Notes under the pieces: model-generated
Seen by the model: only the letters and a program-made list of their open reading frames with translations
The model's database searches: none
Told to the model about the DNA's origin: nothing
Part shown: positions 27,334-39,542 of the stretch, piece after piece
Layout of the letters: every line of letters starts with the position of its first letter
Numbering within the stretch: position 1 is the first letter of the stretch
Position numbers and translations under genes: made by a program
Source of the DNA: Amoeboaphelidium protococcarum X5
Taxonomy: Eukaryota; Fungi; Aphelidiomycota
DNA length: 64,000 nt
Reading direction: 5' to 3'
Assembly: GCA_023515725.1 (NCBI GenBank)
Contig: JALDTO010000192.1
Span: forward strand, 857,294-921,293

Positions 27334-27515
27334 CATAAGTGCTTTTTTAATACCTCATGGACAACAGCTCAAGTGGTTAAATGCGTTGATGTGCACGATC
27401 TGAATTCAAATCTGCGGTAAGATTTCTAACGACCGTTGAAATAAGAACGCGACGCTATAAACACTAGGCCGAGCAACTCTGCTCCAACAAGTCAAACTAC
27501 ATATATTAATTATAA

Positions 27516-28199
27516 TCAACCTGACGAATCACTCAAAGCATCTTTGACGTCGACCTTCTCACCTTGATGCAACCTGAGAACAAGATTTTCAACAAGAGAA
27601 GCCGCTTCGTGGTAGTGTTTATGTTCCAACACCACACGCAAACTGCCACCTTCCACAATCAATTTATCATGCAAACGCCGGTTGACCTCGCTGTTGAGAC
27701 AAATAAGAAAAACCCATTCCTGCTCAGAAAGGGATTCTTTGATCTCATCTTTCTCGACCTGTCCGTTTGCTCGGTTGTTAAAATAATCATGAACATCGTC
27801 CTCGTCTCTGAATCCGGCAGCCTTCTTCAAATCTCCAAACGACGGCTTACGGGCATAAACACAATTGAATTGAAAACGTTCCCACATCTTAATCGCCACA
27901 TCCGACAACAACAATCTTTCGTCCTTAACAGCAACGTCCGCCTTGTATCCCTTACGTCTAGTATCCGCCTTCTTCACTGTATGAGCATTTTAAGATAAGA
28001 TTATCTGGACGTAATCTCTCCTTCTGTCCTTCAATTCAGCAAGCTTTTCCCTCAGTAGCTCCCAGTCGGCTTTCTCATCATCAGTTGCGTTCTTAACAAA
28101 CCAAACGCTGTTCTTCTTGGCCAACGTCTAGTATTCTTAACTGTTCTCTAATGCCTTGATTTCTTATTCAACAGCGTCAAGCTTGCTATCGTAATCCAT
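27516..28199 (-). CDS. Hypothetical protein, 227 aa, N-terminal coiled coil
   Basis: Track ORF extends upstream through TAR codons to ATG 28199 (MDYDSKLDAVEQEIKALE...); ends at TGA. Confidence 0.65.
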
Positions 28200-28456
28200 G
28201 ATATTTTTTCGCTGATTTTATAAAAGAAAAATTGGAAGAGAATACATTCTGCATGGCGATGCGAAACGCGTCGACAGACCCAAAGTCGCGACTTGCAATA
28301 GAAGAAAATCCATACTGGTGTAAGTGGTATCAATCACGATAATGACTAATTAAGTTATAATTCTTACTAGAAGTCAAATGAAAGCATTCAATATCCTAGG
28401 TAACTTTTGTGCGCGCTTGCTAAGCCCATAATTTGTAATTTACTTAGCATTTGACC

Positions 28457-28790
28457 TCATTCTGATTCTTGATATTGACTCTAATATTCGGGTCGACGCT
28501 CATCGCATAATAGACATCGTAGTACTTGTGTAAAATTTTCACTTGCCATTATATCGCGATGATAAAACTTGTGGCATTTTCTGCAATACTTAACTCTCAT
28601 TTTAAAGCTCTCACAAACATAGCCGCAACATGGCGCCATTAAAGAAGTGAGGTACTCATCGAAAAAGATAACAGGATAGCCTACAGACTTCACCTTCTGC
28701 ACAAAGTGACGCTAAATGAGAGATAAGTAGTTTATTTACTGTCAAATTTATAATCCCTATATTCAATTGTTTGTGATCAGAAATCAACTT
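28457..28790 (-). mobile_element. Fanzor (eukaryotic TnpB-like RNA-guided nuclease) C-terminal remnant
   Basis: HFVQKVKSVGYPVIFFDEYLTS (RuvC-II Glu), PCC...RVKYCRKC (Zn finger), HRDIMASEN (RuvC-III Asp), RPEY tail; frameshifted and truncated upstream; RuvC-I not seen. Confidence 0.8.
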
Positions 28791-28942
28791 GAAGTCCGAA
28801 GGTGTTTCACCAATTTAAACATATCAATTTGCCATGTAGTGCTCTCAACAGGAAAATCTGAGATAGTATATTCATTCTAATCATTTCATTTCAAATTATA
28901 CACCAACACTTCTCTAGAGAAACAAAATTACACGCCATTGTA

Positions 28943-29695
28943 AGATTGCGGGAGTCTGATATTTCACATGAGTTTGCTCCTTTACAGCTGGAACAGTCTT
29001 CTCACTGCTTATCCGTATCCAATACCCGTTAATCATTACTCTGCTAAAGTGAGGATGACACGCTCAGTAATCACATGAGTGAACTTGATCTATTGAATAC
29101 TGCAGATTCTGGTGATGCTCAACTGGAAGGTTTGCCTACAGAAATGGATGTTGTTCTCGATCCCGAATACAGAGATAAAGTTGATTTTGATCTAAACACT
29201 GACAGCGAAAATTATGAGATTTAGTCTTAGGATGATTAGCAAGCTAATTTGCCTGGTGGTTACTCTCATGATTCAGACGATAGTAAAGCTATTGTCCTTA
29301 TTAGAAATACCAGAAAAGATGTTTGTGGTGAATGGCAAAAATTTGATGAGTATCAATTTACATAATCCGAATAATTGCATTCAGTATAGCGTGTCATTTT
29401 CTCTGCAGATTAGATATCCACGCTCTGCTAGATAACTGATGGCGCAATTAAAGGTGGCTTCAATGTCAAGTATAAAGAGTTTCTGTCACTTCTGGCTGAA
29501 TATGACGCTGATGTCACGCCGTTGACTGGCAGTATTTCTCGCATCACAGTTTCGATGAAAGGTTGTCATCCTCTGTCCATTCATGGTCCTCATTCAGGCA
29601 ATGTAGAATTGGGAAGAAGAGTTATCAAAGGCGCTAGACGTGTTTTAGACTATTAAGAGATTCTACCGGAGAATTTCTAGCCTTTACATGGTTGA
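28943..29695 (+). pseudogene. 5'-truncated orphan copy 4 of the HicA-like family (acidic linker plus HicA-like domain)
   Basis: Homology to paralog 2 begins abruptly at RLRESDI (about 28943); frame is open to TGA 29693; internal ATG at 29075; no signal peptide. Confidence 0.8.
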
Positions 29696-29769
29696 AATGA
29701 ATTATTAAATTAAGTTTTAAGTTGAAGTTCTAATGATATAGTATCGTGATTATTCTTACATAGCATAAA

Positions 29770-32700
29770 TCACTATTTAAATTATTACGGAATTTGAGCT
29801 TTAGTAGACCTTTACGATGCACGATAACGAGCTAAATCCTTCTCTGACACACTAGGATTGACTATACTCAGTGCGTGCATAAAGTCAGCCATAGAAAGCA
29901 CAATCTTCGTATACTCCTCAGCTTCCTACTTCTTCAGATCAAGAAACTGATTAGGACTTATTTAATGATGCGCTGCACCATTTCTCTTGGCCATCAGATT
30001 AGACAATTTACCCTTCATCATACCAAGAGGTGCAGCTGCAGACTGTTGCTGCCTAAAGTTCACGTAGCCTTACATGTCACGCTCCAGCTTTTCGATATTC
30101 CGGGAAACTGCACGCATAACTGCTTCATTGCACAACGCTTTAAAGTCAGCACCAGTCCATATAGACAGCGGTATCTAATTACAAACTTATTACAAATCTA
30201 CGGAATCATCCAAGTTCAACTTTCGAGTTTGAGCCAGCAGAATCTTGAGCTGACTCTCACTGGTGGTTGCAGTCTCCAAATAAATCAGTCTATCAAATCT
30301 ACCAGTTCGCAGCAAGGATGGATCAAGGAGATCAATCCTATTAGTGGCACCAATAACAAACACCATAAAACCATCTCCATCGTCCAATGATGATTGCTAC
30401 TACTAAATGCCATCCATCTCCGCCAAAAGCTAACTCACTACCCTGCTCATTACACCTTCAGACTCACGGCGAGGAGCCATAGCGTCCAGCTCATCCATGA
30501 AAATGATTGTGCGCTTACCTTTACGAGCTTTAGCAAATAGATCACGAACATTCTTCTCCGTCTCACCCACGTACATATTCATCAGCTCTGGTCCTTTGAC
30601 AGAGAGGAAATTGCATCTGAGCTCATTAGCAATAGCCTTGGCTAACAAACTCTTTCCAGATCCCGGAGATCCATAGAATAATAGACCAGTTCTTTGCAAA
30701 TGTTATCGCTTACTCAACCTGGCATCACCTTCACCTTGGCCAGAAAATGTCGACTATTCAGAAATGTTAAACTACTATTACTGCTGCTATCTCATAGGAA
30801 GAATGATACTGTCATAAATCTCCTACTTGGCCTCTTCCAAACCACCGACATCATCAAACGAGACATCAGGAATAGCAGAGAGGGCAAACTTTGTTCCCAA
30901 CTAGCTCAACTTCTGATACTCCAACATCTCATTGATGAATTGCTCATGATCCAAAAGCTTTGACGAAAAACCGGATGATGATGATGACGCGTACTTGACA
31001 AGCATCATGTCATGTATAGCCGTCAACTCGCGGTACGATAAAGAATCCAACTCGGCTACGGCACGACCAAAGTCAACATCAGAGGCACAGAAGGGCGTGA
31101 ATAACTATTCCAGAGTGGAGGTATGATTGCGACGATCCCAATTTTTTATTGACACCTCTTCTTGGAATAATCTTCTCACATTCTCAGACAGGTTGGATCT
31201 GGATGAAGTACTAGCAATGAAGACAATGGGCAAACCAATCATCACAATAGCCTCAGTATGAGCGCGATTTATATTGTCCATGATCGCTTTACACAGCATC
31301 TTTTCCTCTCTCTAGATAAGTGAACTTTAATCTTACTCTTCCATCAGACCGGCCGGTTTGATAGACAAACCATTAATGTCCTACAGGTATATCACGCATG
31401 GAGCCATCAGACCAGCTCCCATTATTGCTTACTGCATATAAGTGATCATATCTGCGGTACTGAATCCATTTAATTCATGTGCAGACACATTCAGCAACTT
31501 ATAGCCGGCCAGAGAGCACACGCTTGACACCCACTACTCCATTGGAATGTCTTCTTCACAATCAATCAGAATGTTGCATGGCTACTACATATTAGCCTTT
31601 ATCAATTGCAACACTTACTAATAGGCCACTTGGTTGTAATTTAACAATTAATTCGGGATATAACTGTCAGTAAGTGGTAATAGTGAATATCCATTCTCGT
31701 TATCAATTTCTACTTTAGTATTAACAGGATCCACCAAAAACTAGTCTGTATTATCCTACTCAACACCCGCGCCATTAATCGACTTTACGATAAAAGATAG
31801 AGCTAGTCTGCGATCTCCACCTTGACTGACTGGCGAATCTTTATCATCATACAAAGTATAATAATCCACAGGCACCTAGAACAAATCCCCAGGAGCTATT
31901 GCACTTTAAAAAAGCTCGAAATAACGCTTCAATGCCATGTTTCTAACCTCATAAAAGCGCTAAATCTTAATCTATTTATCCAATGGCTGACCCATCTCAA
32001 ACTCGAAATCTTCAGGAGTTACAATCATCTGCACTTTAATCTCTTGCGCAATAGATGGTGCAATCTATTGATCTTTACCAGCGGACAGTTTTTCAATGTT
32101 AACGCAAACCACAGAATCTCTAGGTAACTTCAAATAGGCGTACAAGTAAGGATGAACGACAACCTAATTAACAAGACCACCCAGCTCGATCAATCTAACT
32201 TACACCACACGCTTTCTATCTCCATACTTCAAAATGATCTTACTCCCACTGAGTATGTCTTACTTGATGAGCATATCCAAAGACATCAGAACAGTGTTGA
32301 TATCTGCATTATTTGTAATTTCACAGAACTGCTAGTTGGATAGCTGATACACCATAGCTTCGCCCTTGCTCACTTTGGCACGATGCTTAGGTACTTGATA
32401 ATTAACATCAGAATCGCGTTATAACACTTCAACGACCGATTATTAAGAATTAATCAATCCAAAGCGATAAGGATAAGTAAACACCGTCTTGAATGCGAAT
32501 ACTTCACCTTGTTCGTCAATGTAATGATAGACACCATTTTGACTTATACATCGCCCATCAAGTATCTGCTAAATTTACACTGAAACTTATTCAGTAACAT
32601 CTCCAACCAGCATTTAAACCACAACTTCACTTAACTATTACTCTAATACTTAACTCTCCGCAATTCCCTTGTCTAAAGAAGATAAGATACATTTGACGCG

Positions 32701-33081
32701 TTTCTTGAACATTTCAAATTAGTTTTCAACATCAGACTGAGTGATGCTCTCAGGATGACTTGATAATTCACCACCACCAATTCTTAAAGAATTACCAGTT
32801 AAACTCTCATCCATCTATAAGACATTAAACACCATCTCCATAGACTATTTCTTTAGATTGCATAAAGGCAATGGCTTATCATTAATGGGGAAATCCAATG
32901 CAACAATGTCGTCATACTAGATTACAAGTTGTTCACACTCTCCATACTTTTCCATCAGATCAGATGAAAGATACAAGACTTGAGAATTTTCTAGATTTAC
33001 AGAGTTTACACCATCATCCACTTGAAATAATGATAATTCAAGATCTACAGTAACACAATTCTTATGCACCATACGCTACAT
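29770..33081 (-). CDS. PEX6: Peroxisomal AAA ATPase PEX6, about 1103 aa
   Basis: [97 protein letters not shown]; degenerate D1; start, track ORFs and stop share one frame. Confidence 0.9.
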
Positions 33082-33292
33082 GATGATAAACGAAGATTGT
33101 TATTACAGAAGAGAAAATGGCTAGAAATTTGAATGAAAAGAAGGAGGAAAACGCGTCGAACAAGAAGAACGGCTTGAAAGGATCTTTCCACTTAGTAACG
33201 CGTGTTGGAAAAGAAGCCAAAAATACTGATCTTGGTCTTGAATAAAACTTGATTGTAAATTATCGCCAGATTCTGAATTGGGTAGATTAAAT

Positions 33293-34078
33293 ATGGCTCA
33301 TTTTGTGGAAGAAGAAGAGATTAAAGTGCATTCAAGCGATACAGTTATTCAATAAGATATAGGATTGATCGCGCCTAATTTATTTAAACATTGTCCGCTG
33401 TACTTTGATATGTCTCGTCCAGTGGTGGAAATTAATCACAAGGCATTAAAGTTGCAATAATCAAAAGATTCAAGCACTGATAAGAATAAGGAATCATAAA
33501 TTGACAAAGCGCTTGATAGTCTTCTCCAAACCACCGAGTCACCTTCCAAGGCTTTGGAGCGATAGTAGGAGGCCGCCAAGTAGAAGTAGAGCAAGAAGCG
33601 TATGGGCGCGTCTGATGCCGGATCTGATTGGTACCATATGCCTAGAACTGAGATTACACCAGAGATTGAATAGGATCTACGGCTGATATAGATGCGAAAT
33701 GTACTGGATCCTAAGCGATTTTACAAGAAGGATAACAGTATATTATAAGGAGCACTGGCGAAGGGTGCTAATAAGAAGTCTGGCGGGAATAACAAGGGCC
33801 AGGTTAAGAGTGCCTTCTTCTAGATTGGTACAGTCCTTGGTGGTACAGGTGTGGATACGGCCATTAATAATGCAGATAGCGTCAAAGGTGCGCGCAATGG
33901 TGGTGGAATTGTCGAGGCTCTGCTGCAGGATGAGCGCAGTAGGGAGTATTACAAGCGTAAGTTTGATGCTGTGCGTGAGAAGAAGGAGCGTATGAACAAC
34001 AACGGGTATAATGCTGTGAAGAAGCGTCGTTTTGGTGGTACACAAACAATGAATAGTAAGCGTAAATCTAATAGATGA
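33293..34078 (+). CDS. FCF2: Fcf2/DNTTIP2 pre-rRNA processing protein, 261 aa
   Basis: AGSDWYHMPRTEITPEIEQDLRLIQMRNVLDPKRFYKKD, FFQIGTV, IVEALLQDE..YYKRKF. Confidence 0.9.
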
Positions 34079-34172
34079 ATTTATAAATTGAGCTGTGAAG
34101 TAAATTGACTTTTGGTGGCTTCAATTTCTTTTTATCCTTTGATCACCGTGATAACAAAGTGGAGAGATTTCA

Positions 34173-35348
34173 ATGATGATAAGACAAGTCAGTATCCTTA
34201 TTGTGTTCGCGGTTGTTATATTCAATTCGCTGTTGATTAATATTCTACAGTGGCCAATATTATGGCTGAGATTAGCCAGGAGTGGTTGGAATAGACTCTT
34301 TGGACGTGTTTAACTATTGAATGAATCTAGATTTGCAATCATTAATAGAGTGGAGCATCGATGGTGTACATTTACAGAGAAGGCTTTCGTAGAGATTTTG
34401 CTTTTAATCACGTACATGTTTGCGCCTACAGAGCTTGTGGTTATAGGCGATGAAGATGGTGACATCCCGTCCAAGACTCGTGGTGAGAATGTGGTACTTA
34501 TTGCCAACCATTAATGCTACGCGGATTGGATCTATCTCTGGTTCTTGGCGTACTCTTAGAATGCGCATGGTATGATGAAGATTATACTCAAAGATGGTCT
34601 TAAACATTACCCAATTATTGGATGGGGAATGCAGGCCTTTGATTTTATATTTCTACGGCGGAATTGGTCAGATGATCAGTTTAACCTAAGTCTCGCTCTG
34701 GATAATCTCACCCGCAATCAGTAGTAGATGGATGATGATAAAAACTTTTGGCTGCTTTTGTTTCCAGAAGGCACGGTTGTAAATCCTAATACAATGGCAA
34801 AATCACGATTGTACTGGTAGCGATAAGTAGACGCAAATCCTAATCGCGTTCTCCCCACCCATCCGAAGCATCATCTTCTTCCACGGAGTACTGGGCTTCG
34901 ATTCATCTTGGACAACTTTCATACTAGGCGCCAAGATGTTGCACTCTACGATCTAACTATGGCTTATTATCCCTCAACTAGTGATCAAATAGTGGAAAAG
35001 TTGTACACATTGCGCAATATATTTGGTGATCTAATGCCACCTTAGCGAGTGTATTTCTACTGCCGAAAATTGTAATCGTAACACTATACAAACACATTGC
35101 GAGATGAATAGTCATTTAGTTTGTATTTACAAGATCGCTTCATGGAAAAAGATGAATTGATGGCTGAGTTTTACACTAGAGGCTCTTGGAGTCATTTTCA
35201 GTCTTCGATGCCAAGTAAGACTCACCGCGTTGGTCGACATAGCTGGCTTGACTGCGATCAAGAATGCGGAACCAATTTTGCCTTGGTCAAAGTCTGGATG
35301 ATTTGGTGTTATTACCTCGGCGCTTACCTAATTCTCTCTCACCTTTGA
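34173..35348 (+). CDS. Lysophospholipid acyltransferase (LCLAT1/CST26-like), 391 aa
   Basis: NHQ(TAA)CYADW, KIILKDGL, PIIGWGMQAFDFIFLRR, LLFPEGT, LLPRSTGL. Confidence 0.92.
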
Positions 35349-35679
35349 TATTCACAAGCAAATTATAAACGTACACTGTAAATTATTTATTACAAATTGA
35401 ACTTTGTCTTACTCTCTTCTGAATTGATCATCGTCACTGATTGATTGAAACGATCAGAACAAGGACGCGTTCCGCTCGTCACTTTGGATCAACCTTAGAA
35501 TGCTCTTTCCTATTCCCATAACTCTCGCTTGTACAAAGACAAGACTGAGTGAGAGTCTTAAAGCTTTTCGCGGTCTTCGATCCTCGAGAAGTCGAGAGTT
35601 CATCAAGTTTTTTTCCCTTTCTTTAAGCGTGAATTTTCATCATTATCATTACAATTGAAAGTACATACGGAGATTAAGT

Positions 35680-37206
35680 ATGTTCAAGGTTGGAAAGATT
35701 TAGAGTGTAAGTATTTAGTCTGGCTGTCTGTATAAAGTTTATGTATTCATCATTGATATGCGAGAACGGTGAATGTGTAGATTGGAACGAAGCAATTGAA
35801 TGTCAGATTGGCGTCCACTACTACTGCCACTTCACTGAAGAATAGATTGAGTGAGTTGGTGCCATAGAAGTAGGAAGAGGTTAAACGCGTTCGTAAGGAG
35901 CATGGTGAGAAGAGCCTGGGCAATGTCACCGTTGACATGGCGTATGGTGGTATGCGTGGAATCAAAGGATTGATCTGGGAGACTTCCCTTCTGGATGCTG
36001 ATGAGGTACGTGTTATTTTTGCATGGATGTATTATGACCGATGTATTTTTTGTACTTTCTGAATTTTTGTAGGGTATTCGCTTCAGAGGAATGACTATTC
36101 CAGAGTGTTAGGAAAAGTTGCCAAAGGCCAATGGTGGATAGGAACCGCTGCCTGAGGGATTATTCTACCTTCTGCTGACCGGCGAGGTGCCAACCAAAGA
36201 GCAGGTGGACGAAGTGTCTAGAGATTGGGCTAATCGCGCGTCCTCTCTACCTAAACATGTCGAGGATATTATTGATTAGTGCCCGGTGACTCTACATCCA
36301 ATGTCGCAGTTCTCTATCGCTGTGACTGCTATGCAGCATGATAGCAAGTTTGCACAGGCTTACCAGCAGGGTGTGCACAAGAGCAAGTACTGGGAGTACG
36401 CGTATGAAGACTCGATGGATCTTATTGCCAAGCTGCCTGTCGTTGCATCCAGAATCTACCGTAATGTATTCAAGGATGGCAAGGTTGCGGCTATTGACAA
36501 GACTAAGGATTGGTCTTACAATTTCGCCAATATGCTCGGTTTCGGTAAGGATGCTCAGTTTGTTGAGCTGATGCGCTTGTACTTGACCATCCACTCTGAT
36601 CATGAGGGGGGTAATGTCAGTGCTCACACCACTCATCTGGTCGGTAGTGCTCTATCTGATCCGTACTTGTCTTTCGCTGCTGGTCTGAATGGTCTGGCTG
36701 GTCCATTGCACGGTCTTGCCAACCAGGAGGTGTTGCGTTGGATCTTGCAGATGAAGGAGGAAATTGGAACTAATGTTAGTGATGAGCAGGTGCGCGACTA
36801 CTGCTGGAAGACTTTGAAGAGTGGCCAAGTTATTCCAGGTTACGGACACGCTGTGCTGAGAAAGACTGATCCAAGATACACGTGCCAGCGTGAGTTTGCA
36901 CTGAAGCATCTGCCTACTGATCCTCTGTTCAAGATGGTGTCTCAGCTGTACAACATTGTTCCTAATGTTTTGACTGAGCAGGGCAAGACCAAGAATCCGT
37001 TCCCTAATGTGGATGCTCACTCTGGTGTCCTCCTGCAGCATTACAACTTGAAAGAACAAGAATTCTACACTGTTCTGTTTGGTGTATCGCGTGCTCTGGG
37101 CTGCCTATCACAGTTAGTGTGGGACAGAGCTCTCGGTCTACCTATTGAGAGACCAAAATCCCTGACCACTGACACTATCAAGAAGATGTTTGATGGTAAG
37201 AAGTGA
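35680..37206 (+). CDS. CIT1: Mitochondrial citrate synthase; introns 35707-35780 and 36006-36072
   Basis: [21 protein letters not shown](TAG)[47 protein letters not shown]. Confidence 0.97.
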
Positions 37207-37418
37207 TTCCTATATAAAGTCAGGGTAGACTACATGCGATGAATAATGAAAGTGGCCGCTAATTGATAAAAATTTTTTGTTACTATTCCCATTATCTTAT
37301 TGAGTGTCTTTTTAACAACTGTTCGCATTTAAAATTTTTGGTAAGTGTCTATTGATGTTTTTTCACTGCGCGATAACTCTTTCCAAGTTACCAAGAGCAT
37401 AATAGAAATTAAGTAGAA

Positions 37419-37875
37419 ATGTTGAAGAGAGTGACAAGTTTGCGTGCATTCTCTTTTGGTATCCCACTTTTTAATAGTTCACCTGCTGCAAAGGTTATTG
37501 AAGTGTCAGATTCGGCAGCCTTTTAGAAAGTGTTAAAGTCTGATAATTTGGTTCTCGTTGATTTCTACGCCAACTGGGTAAGATTTTAAGTGTTGATGAC
37601 GCGTTTTGATTAAATTTAATTGTTGTATATTTTTAGTGTAGTGCGGACCATGTAAAATGCTGACTCCAGTCCTTACAAAAGTTGTGAATAACTAATCTGG
37701 TGTCACAATGATTAAGGTTGATGTAGACGCGGTGTCCGATGTTGCATAACAGTATAGAATCAGCTCACTCCCAACCGTGGTGGCTATGAAGAATGGCAGT
37801 GAAGTGGGTAGATTCATAGGCCTGAAAGACGAGTAGAAAGTTAAGCAGTTTATCAATCAGTTTCAAGAGAAATGA
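37419..37875 (+). CDS. Thioredoxin, probably mitochondrial; intron 37578-37641 splits W|CGPC
   Basis: Basic presequence-like N-terminus, VDFYANW-CGPCKML, IKVDVD, ISSLPTV. Confidence 0.9.
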
Positions 37876-37936
37876 CAATGATAAAGACCAACTATGTAAA
37901 AATGTATTGATTTACTACATGCATGCAATAGTAGTA

Positions 37937-38449
37937 TCATTATTTCGACATAAAATAGTACAATGTCAGAGCAACTACAAAGCCAAGGAGAATCATCAGT
38001 TGCTGTCTGCTCTCGTCCATGTTTTAGAAAAATGCTCGCGGGTCGGTCGGCATCGCGTTTGCCGTCACTTTCTTACCACTGCCCAGTACGTATCCAGTGG
38101 AAGTGGTCTAATTCAATGATGATGATCCAGCAGATGCTAGCAATCGCTTCAATTTCTACTCAACTTGCCCGATATCGGCACCCACTACAGTATCCGCCTA
38201 CTTTCCATTCTTGAACAGCACAAAGGTTGGCATCGCAGTCACAGAGTACTATTATGCCAGTGCGGATTCCATATCGACGTCTACTCGTCCAAATGCAGCA
38301 CCCGAATACTAGGTAGCCATAGAATGGAACTTGGGAGCTATCATTTTACATGGTCCGCACCACTCGGCAGCGAAGTCAATTACCGCAACAGGTTTGCTAT
38401 TTATCAATTTAGAGAATTGCAGAGAGCTACTTATATCTTGAACAGTCAT
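37937..38449 (-). CDS. Thioredoxin with C-terminal hydrophobic tail anchor, 170 aa
   Basis: VIDFAAEWCGPCKMIAP, RVDVD, VTAMPTFVLFKNG, then LMILLGFVVALTLYYFMSK; ends TAA TGA. Confidence 0.9.
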
Positions 38450-38939
38450 TTAAATATGACTAAGTATCAATTTCTTTTCCTCCAATCACACGAGAAAACA
38501 AGCGCAAAATGTTTTGCGTATTTAACGCTTCTTTGTATCATTTGTTTCACATTTTCGTTTCAGATGGGACGCAGTTAGAACCACATCTTAAATAGATGAT
38601 AATAATAATGTAATCTATATAACACACTCAATTCACTTTTATCCGAGAACACAGCAATATTTGACTCTTCGATAGGAGCCTTCGTATCGCTGTCAATTGG
38701 CTTTAGCCAAAAGGTATATCCAGCAACGTCCCGGACATGCCGACTAAGAAGTTCATTTCCTGTCGACCCACGACGTAGAGCGGCTCAGCGACGCAACGCG
38801 ACGGGGCGGCTCATAACTGAGTCTGCTATCCGTCTTCCTAGTCAGGTGGTTTTCTCTTCTTGCATCCTTCGAATAGATGATAATAATCTAAATTTCCATT
38901 CTCATTTACCATCCGACAGACTACTGACGGTCAATATAA

Positions 38940-39445
38940 CAATATGCAAAATTTAAAGTAGGTGTTCCAAGAAGTGACTGACGAAAAATTTGCTCACTTT
39001 ACTGCACAATGGCACTCCTAACAACAAGAAAAAGGCTAAAGAGACTTGGTATAGAAAGTTTACGACTTACTCGACCATGATATACGTTGATCCTAATACT
39101 CTATGGTACGAAACATCTGTTAACAAGGGATTATTGTCTACATCTTTGCAGAGGTTTGTTGCTGCTTAAAAAAATAAGTTGGGTAAGAATACAAGGCTTC
39201 TTCGATTCAAACAATTCTTCATTCCGTGTATCGCTAGTTGAAGATTTTCTATCCTGACTGTGCAGTTGACTTCTTCAAAGAACCGATATTCACGAATGTC
39301 TCCTCAATCCTGGATAGCAAAATGAAGCAATTGCAAGCTGACGGTCTGGAAGAAGCTGTTTAGACAAGTTCTTTGACATTAGAAGAATTTTAAAGACTGG
39401 TCAACTTTCTCGATCCTGATGACGCTGATGGGCTGATGGACTGAC
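38940..39445 (+). pseudogene. Crypton/DUF3504 (tyrosine-recombinase transposon-like) N-terminal fragment
   Basis: LQRFVAAQKNKLGK/EYKASSIQTILHSVYRQL...FTNVSSILDSKMKQLQADG...SLTLEEFQRL matches the ZMYM/QRICH1/Crypton core-binding region; frameshifted and cut off before the catalytic domain. Confidence 0.6.
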
Positions 39446-39542
39446 TATGTTAGTCCCTATATATCTGTCGTATTTCTGCTCGGTTAGCGATATTGATCTT
39501 CAGGTCATTGAGTGCTGCGCCACTTCGGTTCAGTCTAGTTTC

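Noticed and set aside
27360-27420. tRNA/SINE-like A and B boxes (CAGCTCAAGTGG ... GAATTCAAATC)
   Set aside because: Both boxes are degenerate and I could not build a cloverleaf; too weak to call.
27516-28199. This ORF as the antitoxin for the HicA-like domains
   Set aside because: No HicB-like features seen; adjacency alone is not evidence.
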